DNA of 63,946 nt, the filler included, from Stramenopiles sp. TOSAG23-6 (Eukaryota), in the NCBI GenBank assembly GCA_900128565.1. It is 33 parts of 33 records of this genome, joined end to end, with 100 filler letters (N's around TTAATTAATTAA, not from the genome) between each part and the next. Parts side by side here need not be neighbours in the genome. Positions count along the whole stretch, not along the records: positions 9,487 to 18,863 come from LT636374.1; positions 18,964 to 20,324 come from LT639174.1; positions 20,425 to 21,785 come from LT639175.1; positions 21,886 to 23,246 come from LT639176.1; positions 23,347 to 24,706 come from LT639177.1; positions 24,807 to 26,166 come from LT639178.1; 27 more parts are not named here. The stretch is one strand, 5' to 3'. The translations under genes and the position numbers were made by a program. The notes under the pieces are model-generated. The model ran no database searches, had not been told where the DNA came from, and saw only the letters and a program-made list of their open reading frames with translations. Positions 12,318 through 24,898 of this stretch are shown here, piece after piece. Each line of letters begins with the position of its first letter. Within the stretch, counting starts at the first letter, position 1.

Positions 12318-12360
12318 GTAAATAATAACAATAAAAATGAAATAAAGGAATTTATACCTT

Positions 12361-15300
12361 CTAAAATGTACCATTTCTCCCAGCTTCCATTTTACTACCA
12401 AGGCGGCTTTCTCTGGACGTATATGGTCTCATATAACGAGCACTCCCCGTTCTAGATTTTAACTGTAATCTTGCGTGGGATGTCATCGGTCTTCTCGATC
12501 TAGTTTTTATTACTACCGGAATGTATGGCTCTTCAATGACTTGCTTCGAGAGGCGATTCTGTTGTCGTTTGCATGTTGAACCATTCTTTTTACGTTGATC
12601 TTTACGATATCCTCGTTTTTTCATTTGGTGTTTCTTTCTTAGCTTTTTGTCCAGATATTCAACTTCTGATGCAATTGCATCGCGAGCAGTCTGCAATGCA
12701 TTGCGATGATTTTCTAACTCTTGCACAAAACTCATGGAATTTACTGTAGAATGCTTACTTGTTTGCGATATTTCCTCTTCCATTTGATCTATTTTCTTTT
12801 TGAATTCCCGACTTCGCCTGCTGGGACAACGCTTTCCATTTTTTATGCGTCGTTTTAAACTATTAGAATCCACTGGTGTTTTGGACAGAAATGCTTTATT
12901 CTTTCGACGATTATACAGTAATGCCTTTCTTTTTACCATTCTGGTTTTACCCATTTTAATATATTTGCTTGGCTTCTTTTGTCTAGTTTTTTTTTTACGA
13001 TGGATCAATATACTTTTCTCTTTTAGAAGTTGCTCAGCAGTGATTTTTCTCCTATTTTCATCAGCTGCAAACAGCTTCGTTCCTTCTTCCCCAAGGACAC
13101 ATGCAATAAAGTCATGGCGAGATACTAAACCATTATCATTTTCCAACGACCTATACAATCTTTCCATGTTTTTATCATTATATATTTCCGCTTTTCTCAT
13201 CGCAGTCTTGAAATCGTCCATTGTCAACCAATCACCCTTTGCATTTGTTTTGTGAAGGTAAACACGAAAAGGACCCCAATCGCCATCCTTGCGACCATCG
13301 ACATGATGATCTCCTCTTGGTATATTCTTGCTTACACGCCTCCGAAGGGCTTCAAGAGCTGTTTCCTCATCTACTAATAATTTCTTAATATACTCTTTTT
13401 TACTTCTACGTTCTTTCGATTTCTCCTCCAATTTTGCTGTATACCACGAAGAACTTTCTGGCATTGATTGAAAGATTTCATCACCGAAAACACTCTTAAT
13501 AAATTCTGTAAAGTTTATGTATCCGCGGCAGTCAGAGTCGTTTTGTGCAAATAGCTGGTGCATTACAACAGGTGTCAATAAAACTCCACAGCTACGCATT
13601 GCCTTATTGAATTGATCAAAATCTACATCATTTGGACTAGGTAAAGTGGAAATGCCGTGAGGACCAAAATGTCCAAATTTGTTAACAGAACGAATACGGT
13701 TATTTATGTCGGCGTGTACATCATCTTCATCATCTTCTTCAGGAAAACTCTCTGATGGTGGTTGCAAAGATTTATCAATAAATAATTTAAAAGCATATGT
13801 CATGCCTGGTGCGCCACCCTGAGTTTGCCGAATAATCTTTTCACGCAAAATATCTAACAACCCTTCATTGGGCTCTTCAGGTGGCATGTCCCATAAGTGA
13901 GTAGCTTTTGCGCTCGCAATTTTCGCAGCAGCCTTTGCAGCAGCCTCTCTTTCTTCTTCGGCTCGCGCCTCTGCCTCTGCTTCTGCGAGAAGTGCAAGCT
14001 GGTGGTTTCTATCTTGGATGGCGTTCTCTATTCCTCTCTGCTTTTTGATTCGTTCTAAAGCACGTTGCCGCCTTTGTTCTGCAAGCCAGGATTCATCATC
14101 TTCAAGTTCCGAAATGTCTTTTGGTGGAAATATTACACGCATGAATTCAGAATAGTTGATGGAGCCATCATTATTTACATCTAGTTTTCGAAAAACAATC
14201 TCCGCAAGTTCCGGAGATAAAGGTATACCACAACGATGAAGACCTGCACGAAAATGGGCAAAATCAAGATTAGCTTCCTGGTTGGTCCCATTTAAACGCG
14301 CCCTTCTACAAAGATCTCTAAATACCCGTTGCATACCTTCAGCGCCATCTCTACAACGACCACCTTGTATCAGCCGCCTCAATTTGGCAAGTGCTCCCTC
14401 GACTGAAACAATTGAACCACCTGCTCGTTTTCCCGCCCTTTGCCGCATTCTATCACGTATTGCTTTCCCTCCGTAATTGCTTGTTAACGGGTATAGTTTA
14501 CTAATAAACGTAGAATAATCTATGGCATTGGTATTTTTTCTATTTTGTTCTTTAAAAAGCTTTGATACTATAATAGGATTTACTAAACCAATACTCGCCA
14601 TAACACATCTGAAAGTTGCTTCTGTCACCCGTGTAACACCTAATTTGTTCTGTTCACTTCCTTTTAGTTTAACTCTCGCATTGATAAATCTACGGAACAC
14701 TAATGAGAGGAAATCAGATGGTGGAATTATCTTAGGAGAACGGTTGACTGCAGCTGAAATTTTACTTTTTACCATTTCTATTGGATCTATTGATACTGTG
14801 TGCTTGAGTGCCGCTTGCTTTGATTTTCTTGAAGTACTCGATGACGCCGATTCTTTTGTTACTATATTAGTAAATACAGGCCGACACTTTTTGTAGGCTT
14901 TTAACATCGACGGGTTTAATAAATTCGGATGTTTTGATAAAACAAAATCGCCATATACACCAATGAGAAACTCATCGTGGCTTATAGTGTAGCTATTATC
15001 TATATCAAAAGTGTTGAAAAGTTCTTGCAACCTCATCGCTTTGACATTAATACCACAAAATCGCAGTGCTGCTTTGAAATGAGCAAAGTCAAGCTCTCCA
15101 TCAGAACCTCTAAGCTTGCAAAATTTCTTGAAACTCTTGCTTAATGATACGGGTCCACCACTGGCTTGTAACTGAATTTTACTTCGAGTTTTTCCGAATG
15201 CACTTTTGTTCACGGAAGGATCTTCGACTCCTGCTTCTAACGCAAAGGCACTTCTCTGCGCTTTGCGTTTTCTCCGTTCGTCCATTTTTTTCTTTTCTTG

Positions 15301-15747
15301 TTCATACGCACTAAGCTCTACTACTTCTATAACTGGTGCATTCCAAATGGCATCCAAGACAGGAAGGTATTCAATAGAAGAGAAATATTTGATGCTTCCA
15401 TCTGTTTTTGTATCAAAGCCAAGAAAGAGAGTTTTCAACCACTTTGTTTGTTTCACTCCAACTTGTTTCATTATTTGCTTAAACTCATCAAACGTAACTG
15501 TCTTACCCTTTGTCCGTCTCTGAAAAAGCCCAAGAATATGTTTCCGGCCTTTTGAACCACAACAGCCAAGTACAGCTTCGCGTATTTCTGGAAGAAGGTT
15601 TTCACAATCTCTTCTAACTTTCTCTCGAAGGTCGTTCATCGCAAGAGTAGCGTCAGCCTTTTCATCTTTTGCTTTCGCTGCTGCTATATTCAAACCAGCA
15701 TCAGAAGATCTAAATTCCTTCTGGTTATTTCGAGTTACGCCATTCAT
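12361..15747 (-). CDS. Multi-EF-hand protein
   Basis: 1128-aa intronless ORF with loops DIDNSYTISHDEF, DVNNDGSINYSEF and DSDCRGYINFTEF. Confidence 0.85.
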   Translation of the reverse strand: MNGVTRNNQKEFRSSDAGLNIAAAKAKDEKADATLAMNDLREKVRRDCENLLPEIREAVLGCCGSKGRKHILGLFQRRTKGKTVTFDEFKQIMKQVGVKQTKWLKTLFLGFDTKTDGSIKYFSSIEYLPVLDAIWNAPVIEVVELSAYEQEKKKMDERRKRKAQRSAFALEAGVEDPSVNKSAFGKTRSKIQLQASGGPVSLSKSFKKFCKLRGSDGELDFAHFKAALRFCGINVKAMRLQELFNTFDIDNSYTISHDEFLIGVYGDFVLSKHPNLLNPSMLKAYKKCRPVFTNIVTKESASSSTSRKSKQAALKHTVSIDPIEMVKSKISAAVNRSPKIIPPSDFLSLVFRRFINARVKLKGSEQNKLGVTRVTEATFRCVMASIGLVNPIIVSKLFKEQNRKNTNAIDYSTFISKLYPLTSNYGGKAIRDRMRQRAGKRAGGSIVSVEGALAKLRRLIQGGRCRDGAEGMQRVFRDLCRRARLNGTNQEANLDFAHFRAGLHRCGIPLSPELAEIVFRKLDVNNDGSINYSEFMRVIFPPKDISELEDDESWLAEQRRQRALERIKKQRGIENAIQDRNHQLALLAEAEAEARAEEEREAAAKAAAKIASAKATHLWDMPPEEPNEGLLDILREKIIRQTQGGAPGMTYAFKLFIDKSLQPPSESFPEEDDEDDVHADINNRIRSVNKFGHFGPHGISTLPSPNDVDFDQFNKAMRSCGVLLTPVVMHQLFAQNDSDCRGYINFTEFIKSVFGDEIFQSMPESSSWYTAKLEEKSKERRSKKEYIKKLLVDEETALEALRRRVSKNIPRGDHHVDGRKDGDWGPFRVYLHKTNAKGDWLTMDDFKTAMRKAEIYNDKNMERLYRSLENDNGLVSRHDFIACVLGEEGTKLFAADENRRKITAEQLLKEKSILIHRKKKTRQKKPSKYIKMGKTRMVKRKALLYNRRKNKAFLSKTPVDSNSLKRRIKNGKRCPSRRSREFKKKIDQMEEEISQTSKHSTVNSMSFVQELENHRNALQTARDAIASEVEYLDKKLRKKHQMKKRGYRKDQRKKNGSTCKRQQNRLSKQVIEEPYIPVVIKTRSRRPMTSHARLQLKSRTGSARYMRPYTSRESRLGSKMEAGRNGTF

Positions 15748-16085
15748 ATTGCTATTTTACTGAATGTGGAGAATCTACTATCTGAATGGATCTTTTTGAT
15801 GATTCTCTCTGATCTTCGCATAGGGTATGATACAGTATTCTTATTAAAAAATGTAACTGTTGTTGACATCACATGATACCCGGTTCCGACAAAAAACCGT
15901 CGGTTGAATAATTTTGAAATTTGAAGAAGATCCAAGATCCTTGATCCTTAAAAGATCTCATCTAGATCTTGCATACAACTTCATATCGATCCAAAATCTA
16001 TACAGAACCTTGAAGAGTAATCAAGTAATAAAACATCATCCTACTGTCTTCAAGATACTGACGTAATTGTTATTTTGTTTGCATA

Positions 16086-18808
16086 ATGGGGAGACTCCAT
16101 GCTGCATTTTTGTACTCAGTTCTTGTTGTTCTTGTCAAGAGTGTAAAAGCTTGGGGAATCAACTCTGAGCAGGTTCCTTTCTCCGTCGAGGATTATCAAG
16201 TCCCGATTAGATTGCGTAGTGGTTTCAATGAAAGAAATGAATACAACAAGTCACTCCCAATGATGGAAGGAGCCCCAAGATTCACTCATATACAATTGGG
16301 AGAAGATGGAACAAAAAGAGGGCCCAGCCATCACCAGAAACAAAAAGGCTTGCGAAATGATTCTCAAACAGCCTACACAGTAATTCCATTATCCGAGTCA
16401 AATATGAGCAATGTTTCACCTAATACAACAAAAGAGATTGTAAAACAGTCGACGGAAGGTTTTGTTAACCCGGAAATAATGGAGGATCCTATTAATTCAA
16501 GCAAATCATCGCAGGAAGACATTGTGGAACCCAAGATTGTAAAGAGTTCAAATGAGTCGCAGGAAGACACTATGGAACCCAAGATTGTAAAGAGATCAAA
16601 NGAGTCGCAGGAAGACACTGTGGAATCAAATCAGTCGCAGGAAGTCATTGTGAAACCCGAAAAAATAAAGAAGGAAGAGAACGATACTCAATCGGAAATT
16701 CCAGTAAGCTCAAAACATGCAAAAAGATCTTCTAAAATGATTTTTGTATCATCACCAGATACGTCTGAGACACCAACAATATCTAATTTCAACGAAACGT
16801 CAAAATTTTCAAAAAGTATAGAAAAACTTGTACAGGCTTCAAGAGAAACACTTTCTCAAGTACATTCAACTTTGTCGCAATCTTCTACAGGAACAGAAAA
16901 AGAAGCATCAGCAAACAAAGTACCTTCAGAAAGTACACAAGAAGAAGCAGAGCAAGAAACACTGACTGACGAATCACCTATCGAATCATCTAGAGCACCT
17001 AAAGATTCACCTGAAGAAGCACCCCAAGAAGTACCGAAAGAAACATCTAATGAAGCGCCTAAAGCACCTAAAAAGTCATCTAAAGAAGCNCCCCAAGAAG
17101 TGCCGGAAGAAACAGCTAATGAAGCGCCTAGAGAAGCATTAAGCACCCCAAATGAGAAAGACTGCACTAATGGTGTATGTGAGTTTACACCAGAGATGGT
17201 AGATAAATATGTGAAGCCTACTGTAGTGACAATTCGAAGAACTAATGGAGAACGTCTTTGGGGCGACACTGTCGGTGGTCTAACAGCAACAGGCTTTATT
17301 GTAGACAAGAAAAGGGGAATTATTTGCACAAATCGTCATGTTGGAGGAACTGGATCACCTTCTACACAATTCAATATTTTAACTATTGCTGGTGATTACC
17401 TGAGAGCAAATCTACTTTATTATGACCCAGTTGTTGATATCTCTTTTCTGAAAGTGGACAAACCATTTTCAAAAGACGTAGAGCAAGTGAGATGGGGTAC
17501 AGCTGCTGTCGGTGATAAAGTTCTTTTAGTTGGAAACAATGAGGGCCAAGAGTTCACTACAAAAAAAGGTGTGATTATCAACGAAGCTAAAATGGACATG
17601 ACTGGAACATACGTAAATTGGCAGACTTCTTTTGATCGAACTGGTGGTTCTAGCGGAAGTCCAGTGTTCAATCAAAAGTACGAAGTCGTTGCGATTCATG
17701 GGGCGGGTTCCGATACTACAAGTTTTGAGTTTCCAGCCATGTATATTTTGCGAGTTCTAAAACAGCTTAAGCAACCTGGAGGGGCAAGTGCCATAAAACG
17801 TGGAAGAACCGGTTTATTTTTGACCCTATTACCATTAGGCAAAGCGCAAGCATATCTTCATACAACTCCAGATCAAATGGAACGCTTGAAAACAGCTTCA
17901 AACGCATATAATTGGGGTACAAGTACATCTTGTCTCTCTGTAATGGCAGTTTCTCCATTAACACCGGCTAGTAAAGTCATAAAAGCTGGTGATATAATCT
18001 ACAAAATCAATGACCAGGTTATTGGTCTTGATATTGGATTGTTTGATGAAATTGTCGATAAGGCAATGTTTTCCAAAACACAATCAGTTACGATTACTGT
18101 GTTTCGTCTAGGCAAGGAGTTGACAGTGTCTATAAAAGTTGTGAATGTAGACTTGGGGAAGCCAACTCAATACTTATCAATTGATCACGCCTTATTTCAG
18201 GAAGTAACAGATGATATGAGAGAAGAATATTATATCACTGATGATATTGGTGTTTGGACGCCATGGGCACAAGAAGGCACAAGTTTTGAGAGTCTCGCCA
18301 GCGCAGGAGGTAAAACAGGCTACCTTCGCTTACTTGTCAGGTATATCAATAATGAACCTATTCATTGTTTAGACGATCTTCGGCAGATAATGGAGAAGCT
18401 CATAAGAGCACACGAGGGAAAATATCCAATGCAAATTCAAGCCTTACTCACCATGGTAGATTTTAATGGTGTTAAAAGCATGATGGATATTGCAGTTCCA
18501 TTTTCCATTAATTTAAATACCTCATCTGACTACCAAGCTTGGAGGTATAACCCAAAGTCTTTAACTTGGGTTCAGGATCAACAAGCTCCGAAAACATGTA
18601 AAATGAAAACCATACCCAAGAAAACTAATGGTGATTCTTCTGGTGGCAATCACGAGGTTGCAGATACATTTCCATCGATGGAGAAAGTCAGATCTGTTGT
18701 CCACCATATGAATGTCTATAATAAAAATTTTAAAAATGCTGTTTCAGAGCTTTTCGATGAAAATTCAAATATGGAGCAACAAGAGGAACAAGAAAGAAAT
18801 TCACAAAT

Positions 18809-18863
<55 letters not shown>
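16086..18863 (+). CDS. HtrA/Nma111-like serine protease with PDZ domain and predicted signal peptide; 3' truncated
   Basis: TGFIVDKKRGIICTNRHV (His), YYDPVVDISF (Asp), GGSSGSPV (Ser); PDZ-like IKAGDIIYKIN; hydrophobic N-terminus. Confidence 0.85.
18810..18863 (+). repeat. (CAA)n poly-Gln tract
   Basis: Pure CAA run up to the contig end. Confidence 0.95.
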
Positions 18864-19011
18864 NNNNNNNNNNNNNNNNNNNNNNNNNNNNNNNNNNNNN
18901 NNNNNNNTTAATTAATTAANNNNNNNNNNNNNNNNNNNNNNNNNNNNNNNNNNNNNNNNNNNNAAAAAAAAAATTTCCCAAAAAAAAAAATTTTTTTTTT
19001 TTTTTTTCCCG

Positions 19012-19045
<34 letters not shown>

Positions 19046-19049
19046 ATAC

Positions 19050-20133
19050 ATATTTGCTTTAAGAATAATTGAATGGGAAAAAGCATCAATGTTCTGTTTT
19101 GAACCCAATTGATCTTTTAATTTTTTTGTAATGATTAATCCAATATGTAAAATTGTAACTCTTGAAGGATCATTCGAATAACAGTTTTGAAATGTAGTGA
19201 TACTCAATTTTCTTTTTGACTGGTGATGATCTGTTTCAATGGAATGAACATTTTATATGAAAAAATATGTCACATTTTATTTTTTATACATTTTTGTTAG
19301 GTACAAAATTTCATATGAAACATTAAATTTGAAATTCATAATGAAAACGTACTTTTGTTATATGAAGTTTATTCGACTTTTGAAGTGACCGAAAATCATA
19401 TAACTGTCCTTGCCAAGTAAAAATACCATCCAATATGGCTCCTGTACTTTCGATACTTTGGTTAGGGTTAGGGTTTTCATGAATAAAATCAGGTAATAGC
19501 ATTAATGTATTGTGAATTTTTTCTTTTTTTTTTGAAAAATTTGTTAGGTACAAAATTTCGTATGAAAAAAATAAATTCGAAATTTAAAAGCAATAATAAT
19601 GAAAACGTACATAAAGCTTTGTCTTTGTTGTTTTGCTTGTTCTGAATTGATTTTTTTACCGATGATATTGTTTTTGATGTTGTTGATTTTGTTGTGTAAT
19701 AAGGTACATCCCAAAAAATATCATTTTTATCATTTTTATCATTTTTATCATTTTCAGTAGAATGTTTTGTAAATAAAGAATGATGGTGTGTATCTTTTTG
19801 TTTATGTAATATAAAATTGACATTTTCATCATCGAGTTCTAACTGTAAATGAAGTATTTCTGCTGCTTTAACTTCCTTATGAGATAATCTCCGATGATGT
19901 CTTTTATTACCTTGAGTATACAATATATTATGTGGTTCATTAACTGGTGTTGTACCCAATTCATTCGATGTAAGTATTCGTAAATTAAATGTATTTTGAT
20001 ACGTCTGAGTATTTTCAGGTTCGGAAAAACTTTCGAGATGAATTTTTTGTAGTACATCTTTTTGTACCAAAGAGTAACACTGTATGATTTGAATACACAA
20101 CAGAATGAAAAGGAATTTCTGTGTCATTGTCAT
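19050..20133 (-). CDS. Secreted protein, 5' exons, function unknown
   Basis: Signal-peptide-like FLFILLCIQIIQC; frame stays open across GT-AT introns 19505-19610 and 19250-19352. Confidence 0.6.
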
Positions 20134-20521
20134 AGTGCAGGATCTTTTCACGAGTGGTCTTTTGTTTATTTCGTTTGTTTCGTTTCAATGGGAAGATTTT
20201 TACTACTACAACCGTTGAGGATTTGGAAAGTTTATTGGACTTACAAAAAAAAATCTTTTTTTTTTTTTTTTTGAAACTCCGAAAATATCGATATGTAACG
20301 TAAATATTCGTCGTTTCGGCGATTNNNNNNNNNNNNNNNNNNNNNNNNNNNNNNNNNNNNNNNNNNNNTTAATTAATTAANNNNNNNNNNNNNNNNNNNN
20401 NNNNNNNNNNNNNNNNNNNNNNNNTTTTATATGAATTTCTAATTTAAATTTTTTTTTCATACGAAATTTCGTACCTAACAAATTTTTTAAGATTTTTTTG
20501 AAATATTTTTTCACAATACTT

Positions 20522-21785
20522 TCCACTGCGTTCGCTCATCCGATGTATTTCAACTTGAACTTGTGGATAAAGCATTTCAAATTCTTGCATTGTCCAATTC
20601 ACAGATATATAATGCAAACGAGAGCGTTGCCATTCGATTGCGCGAATCTGCTACTTCTTTGTTAACGTCTGTCTTTGTAGAATTAGAAAGCACGTACTCA
20701 AAGATACGATTCATAGATTCAAAACGATTACTTGCAAAATCTATAGTTAGTGCAACTGATCCGACTATTGTTTCTACTTATTTAGAATCTCAGTACACAG
20801 AACATGATGCAAGAGATGTAGCTACATATTCACGCGCGATACGACTTTGCTCACAGGTTGCAATTTGCATTGGTGTCGTTCAGTACTTTCTGTCATGATT
20901 TTTGCTATGAATTCTTTATATCCACAATTAATGAGGCAAAATCTACAACTTGATGATTGTCTTGATGGGTTTGAAGATAAAAGTCATGTAAAAGTATCTC
21001 AATTTTCTCAATTTAATAATAATGGAAATGGAATGGTGATGGACAGAACTGCTCTATATGTACAATCTCTTTTTCAATATATGTTGGAGGCGACGAAGCA
21101 GCTACCTATTGAATTGTTTGAAAAAATGGTCCCTTTTTGGTCTTCAATGGCTGAACATTTTAGTGGAAATAAAAAAATAAAACAAACTGGAAAAAATGGA
21201 AAAAATGGAAAAAAGAAAAAAACTGTTGTAGTTCCTTCATCTACTGATGGGATACTAGGGTTAACCCTAGGGTTAGGGTTAGATTCGACTGTTGAAGGGA
21301 AAATTTCACCCCGTGCGAATTTAATTATGCCACATATTCTAGCAAGTGCCATCACAACATTAGCTGATAAAGTGATATACCCTATTGCTGCCGAAAATTG
21401 GACTCATGAAAAATTAGATGTATGTTTCATTTTTTTTCAATTTCAATTTCAATTTCAATTTCAATTTCGAATTTATTTATTTTTTTATTTTTTTTTTTGT
21501 AGAAAATTTCGTACCTAACAAAAATAAGAAACAAAAACATTTCACAATACAGGAATGGCAAAACTTGAGATGTTGTACTCGGCAGTGTATATCGGAAATA
21601 ATGAGCGCTTTACATCATTCTCAAAATCAACACCTAATAAATAATCTGATTTTATCTCGAATTCCGTCAAGAAACCCTAACCCTAATCAAAATAATCAAA
21701 ATAATCAAAATAATAATCAAAATAATAATCATCAAAATAATCAAAATAATACAGATATAAATACATACAAAGAAATGGTTGAAAA
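20522..21785 (+). CDS. HEAT/importin-beta-like protein fragment with an internal frameshift near 20870
   Basis: Helical composition; FWSSMAE...KVIYP...LD-EWQNLR resembles transportin/importin-13; GT-AG family intron 21420-21552. Confidence 0.4.
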
Positions 21786-21885
21786 NNNNNNNNNNNNNNN
21801 NNNNNNNNNNNNNNNNNNNNNNNNNNNNNTTAATTAATTAANNNNNNNNNNNNNNNNNNNNNNNNNNNNNNNNNNNNNNNNNNNN

Positions 21886-22786
21886 ATGCAAATCATTGAT
21901 ACATCCGAACCAACAGAACCAGCTCCATCAGANCCAGCACAATCCACAACACCTGGTTCATTTGAGGAAGCTGGGATAATGATTGATATGGCTTATAATG
22001 CTTGTATTGAAGGCGGGGAAGCTACAACAAAATCTATTGATAAAGTTTACAATGTATTAATTAAAGGCAAGAAAAATGTGTTAGAATTAGTGGGTCGAAA
22101 CTTAGATAATGCAATAGCGAGAGAAAAGGAAACAGCGGCGAAAATTAATGTAGACAATAAAGCTGCGGAGAATGCCCAAATTTTTGCAAACGAGGATGAA
22201 GCAAATGTGAAGTTGCAAGAAGATGCCAGGCGATTACGAATATTGGCTGAAGAGACTCTTTACCAGTCGTTTGCATCGGTAGATCTAAGAAAAAAACTCG
22301 TAAGAAAATCCGTTGTAATTTTAATGGCACTCACCCAAGCTTCATTCAGATCAAAAAAACTAGCAATTGCCATAGCTCATTATACAAAGTTGCTTAGAAA
22401 TGAATCTGACTATATTTTACACCAATACAATGAGGAAAGAGAAAAGATAATGTTACAGGAATATCTCCGTAGAGAGTATGTAAACCAAATATTTGGATTA
22501 CACGGTGGACATTCGATATTAAATGATGTTAGAGACAAAGAGGAGAAAAAAGAACCTTGGACAGACCCTATAATTATTGAAGATGATCAACCTATAATTG
22601 TTGACCAGGTCAATGTATGTTTTATTTTTTTTCAATTTCCAATTTATTTTTCGTACGAAATTTTGTACCTAACGATTTTTTTTGAGATATTTTTCCAAAA
22701 TACATGGAATCACTATGTCAAATAATCAGAATACACCAATGCTTCTGGTAGATCGTTCAACAACACAACCCTTTAAACACAGGTAG
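21886..22786 (+). CDS. Hypothetical coiled-coil protein, 3' part
   Basis: Open frame; GT-AT intron 22615-22705 leads to a short last exon ending in TAG. Confidence 0.6.
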
Positions 22787-23064
22787 AAAATAATATATAT
22801 ATTACTGTATATATAATCCTCAGATATAATCAAATAAATAAAAAGACAATCATATAATAAAAGTATTGTATGAAAATATTTTCAAAAATTTTGATTTTTT
22901 TTGTTAGGTACAAAATTTCGTACAAAAAAAAAAAAAAAAACGAAGAATGAAAATATTACTCAGTGTAAAACAACAGAAATTAAAATCATCACGGTGCCGT
23001 ATAGTAAACTTCATCAATTTTACTACAGATTTTATTACTTGAGAAAAATCATCGTATAAAACAT

Positions 23065-23155
23065 TTAATCGTCCTCATCATCATCAATCCCAGTCCAAGA
23101 AGAAAATGAGAGTAAAAATTCTTTAAATGTAATTCGACCGTCTTCATCCCAATCC
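23065..23155 (-). CDS. Last exon of an EF-hand protein
   Basis: DWDEDGRITFKEF followed by TAA; preceded by a family acceptor ending CCAAAACACAT. Confidence 0.7.
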
Positions 23156-23345
23156 ATGTGTTTTGGAAAAATATTTCAAAAAAAAAAAATCGTTAGGTAC
23201 AAAATTTCGTACGAAAAAAAAACGAATTTGAAAAAAAATAAAACATNNNNNNNNNNNNNNNNNNNNNNNNNNNNNNNNNNNNNNNNNNNNTTAATTAATT
23301 AANNNNNNNNNNNNNNNNNNNNNNNNNNNNNNNNNNNNNNNNNNN

Positions 23346-24706
23346 NTATGTCACATCGGTCTCGTTTTCCCGTGACGGTAAGCTCGTGGCGAGCGGGAGC
23401 TGGGACAAAACGGTGCTGATTTTTCATGCCAAGACTGGGCGGCTTCAGCAAGAACTCAAGGGGCATGGCAAGTCGGTCAACTCAGCCGCAGTTCTCCAGC
23501 TGTTGTCCGTGGGTGAATTTTACTACGTTTGCGTGATGGACTTTCGATGCGAACAAGCGACACGCCCGAATTCTGGCTGGACGTATCCCAACGACCCGCC
23601 GCCTCGGGCTGTTTACATTTGTCCACAGTGGTACTCATTACCCGAAATTGACGGAGTCGACTCAAACCACAAGGCAGCTACAATTGTACACGAGCTGCTG
23701 CACTTTTTCGGAGCACAGGACTATCCCAATGATCCCCTTGACTCTTTTGAAAACACGCGTCGTTATGCTCAACACGAGCCATGGATTGCGAAATCACGCG
23801 CAGAAAATTACGAGGACCTACTTGTTGATCCCTACACCAAAAATGAACAGTGGCCACGGGGCACGGACGAGTTTGTACCGGCTCCGTTCCATGGTAACTG
23901 CATTCGGCGCAGCCATCCAGCAAAGCGAATGGGACAACACTACATATACTTGGACCGACACAGGCCCACGTGTCCTCGTGGCTATGGTATGACCCGTGTG
24001 CAGTTGAAGCGTGCAGGTAGAACGCAGATGAGCTTCTACGAGCTTGAATGTTGTCAACCGTTGCCAGTACAAGATGGCATTCTTGACGAAAACCCTACAA
24101 CACACTTTACCGATTGGACGTCAGGACCTGTGTCATAGCTACCCGAGCCGTTGGAACTCCCACGTGACCCTTGGGCAAAAGAGCTGTCGCCTCGAGAAAT
24201 GTCATGTCGACGGGACGGAAACGGTGTACTGCACTCATTTCAGCTCCAGCGGCATGAGTCTGGAAATAAGTTTCGATACTATTTTACGTGTCAAAAAACG
24301 GCACAAGATCCTCTCACGAGGTGCCTAAGTCGCTCTACACCAGCAAACTATGGAGCAGGTTCCGGACCGTTTTCTCATCAATTGGGATTTGGGCATAATC
24401 TTGGATTTCCGACTCACTTAGAGTATGGTGCTCCCGCAGGAGTTCCCTCTTACATGCTCCTCGGCTTGCATAACATCCGGTGCTCACCTGGCAGTTTTCT
24501 TACCGAGTGAGTGACCCTTGCGCTTATTGTACGTGACACAAACCCTTACATTGCGCGCAATCCACAGGATACGCTTAGAGAGACCAACAGAAGGGACCAT
24601 ATCGTTTCGGTACACGTGTTGTGCAATTTACGAGAACACGAAAGTGATTGGTAGCACTCGGAACGTGCCTCGCGGACCCTCATTTTTATCCCTTGCGGAC
24701 GACGAT
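23346..24706 (+). CDS. WD40 fragment fused to an M35-like metalloprotease with Cys-rich repeats (probable chimera, higher GC)
   Basis: ASGSWDKTVLIF, then VYICPQW...ATIVHELLHF...AQDY...AENY; in-frame TAG at 24136-24138; canonical intron 24507-24567. Confidence 0.6.
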
Positions 24707-24898
24707 NNNNNNNNNNNNNNNNNNNNNNNNNNNNNNNNNNNNNNNNNNNNTTAATTAATTAANNNNNNNNNNNNNNNNNNNNNNNNNNNNNNNNNNNNNN
24801 NNNNNNAAAAAAATTAAATTCGAAATTTTTTAGGCACAAAATTTACTATAAAAAAAAAAAAAAAAAAAAAAAGATAAAAAATTGAAATGAAAACGTGC

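Noticed and set aside
23346-23500. Novel WD40-metalloprotease fusion
   Set aside because: The WD repeat breaks off mid-unit and the protease lacks its N-terminal part; chimeric joins are common in this assembly
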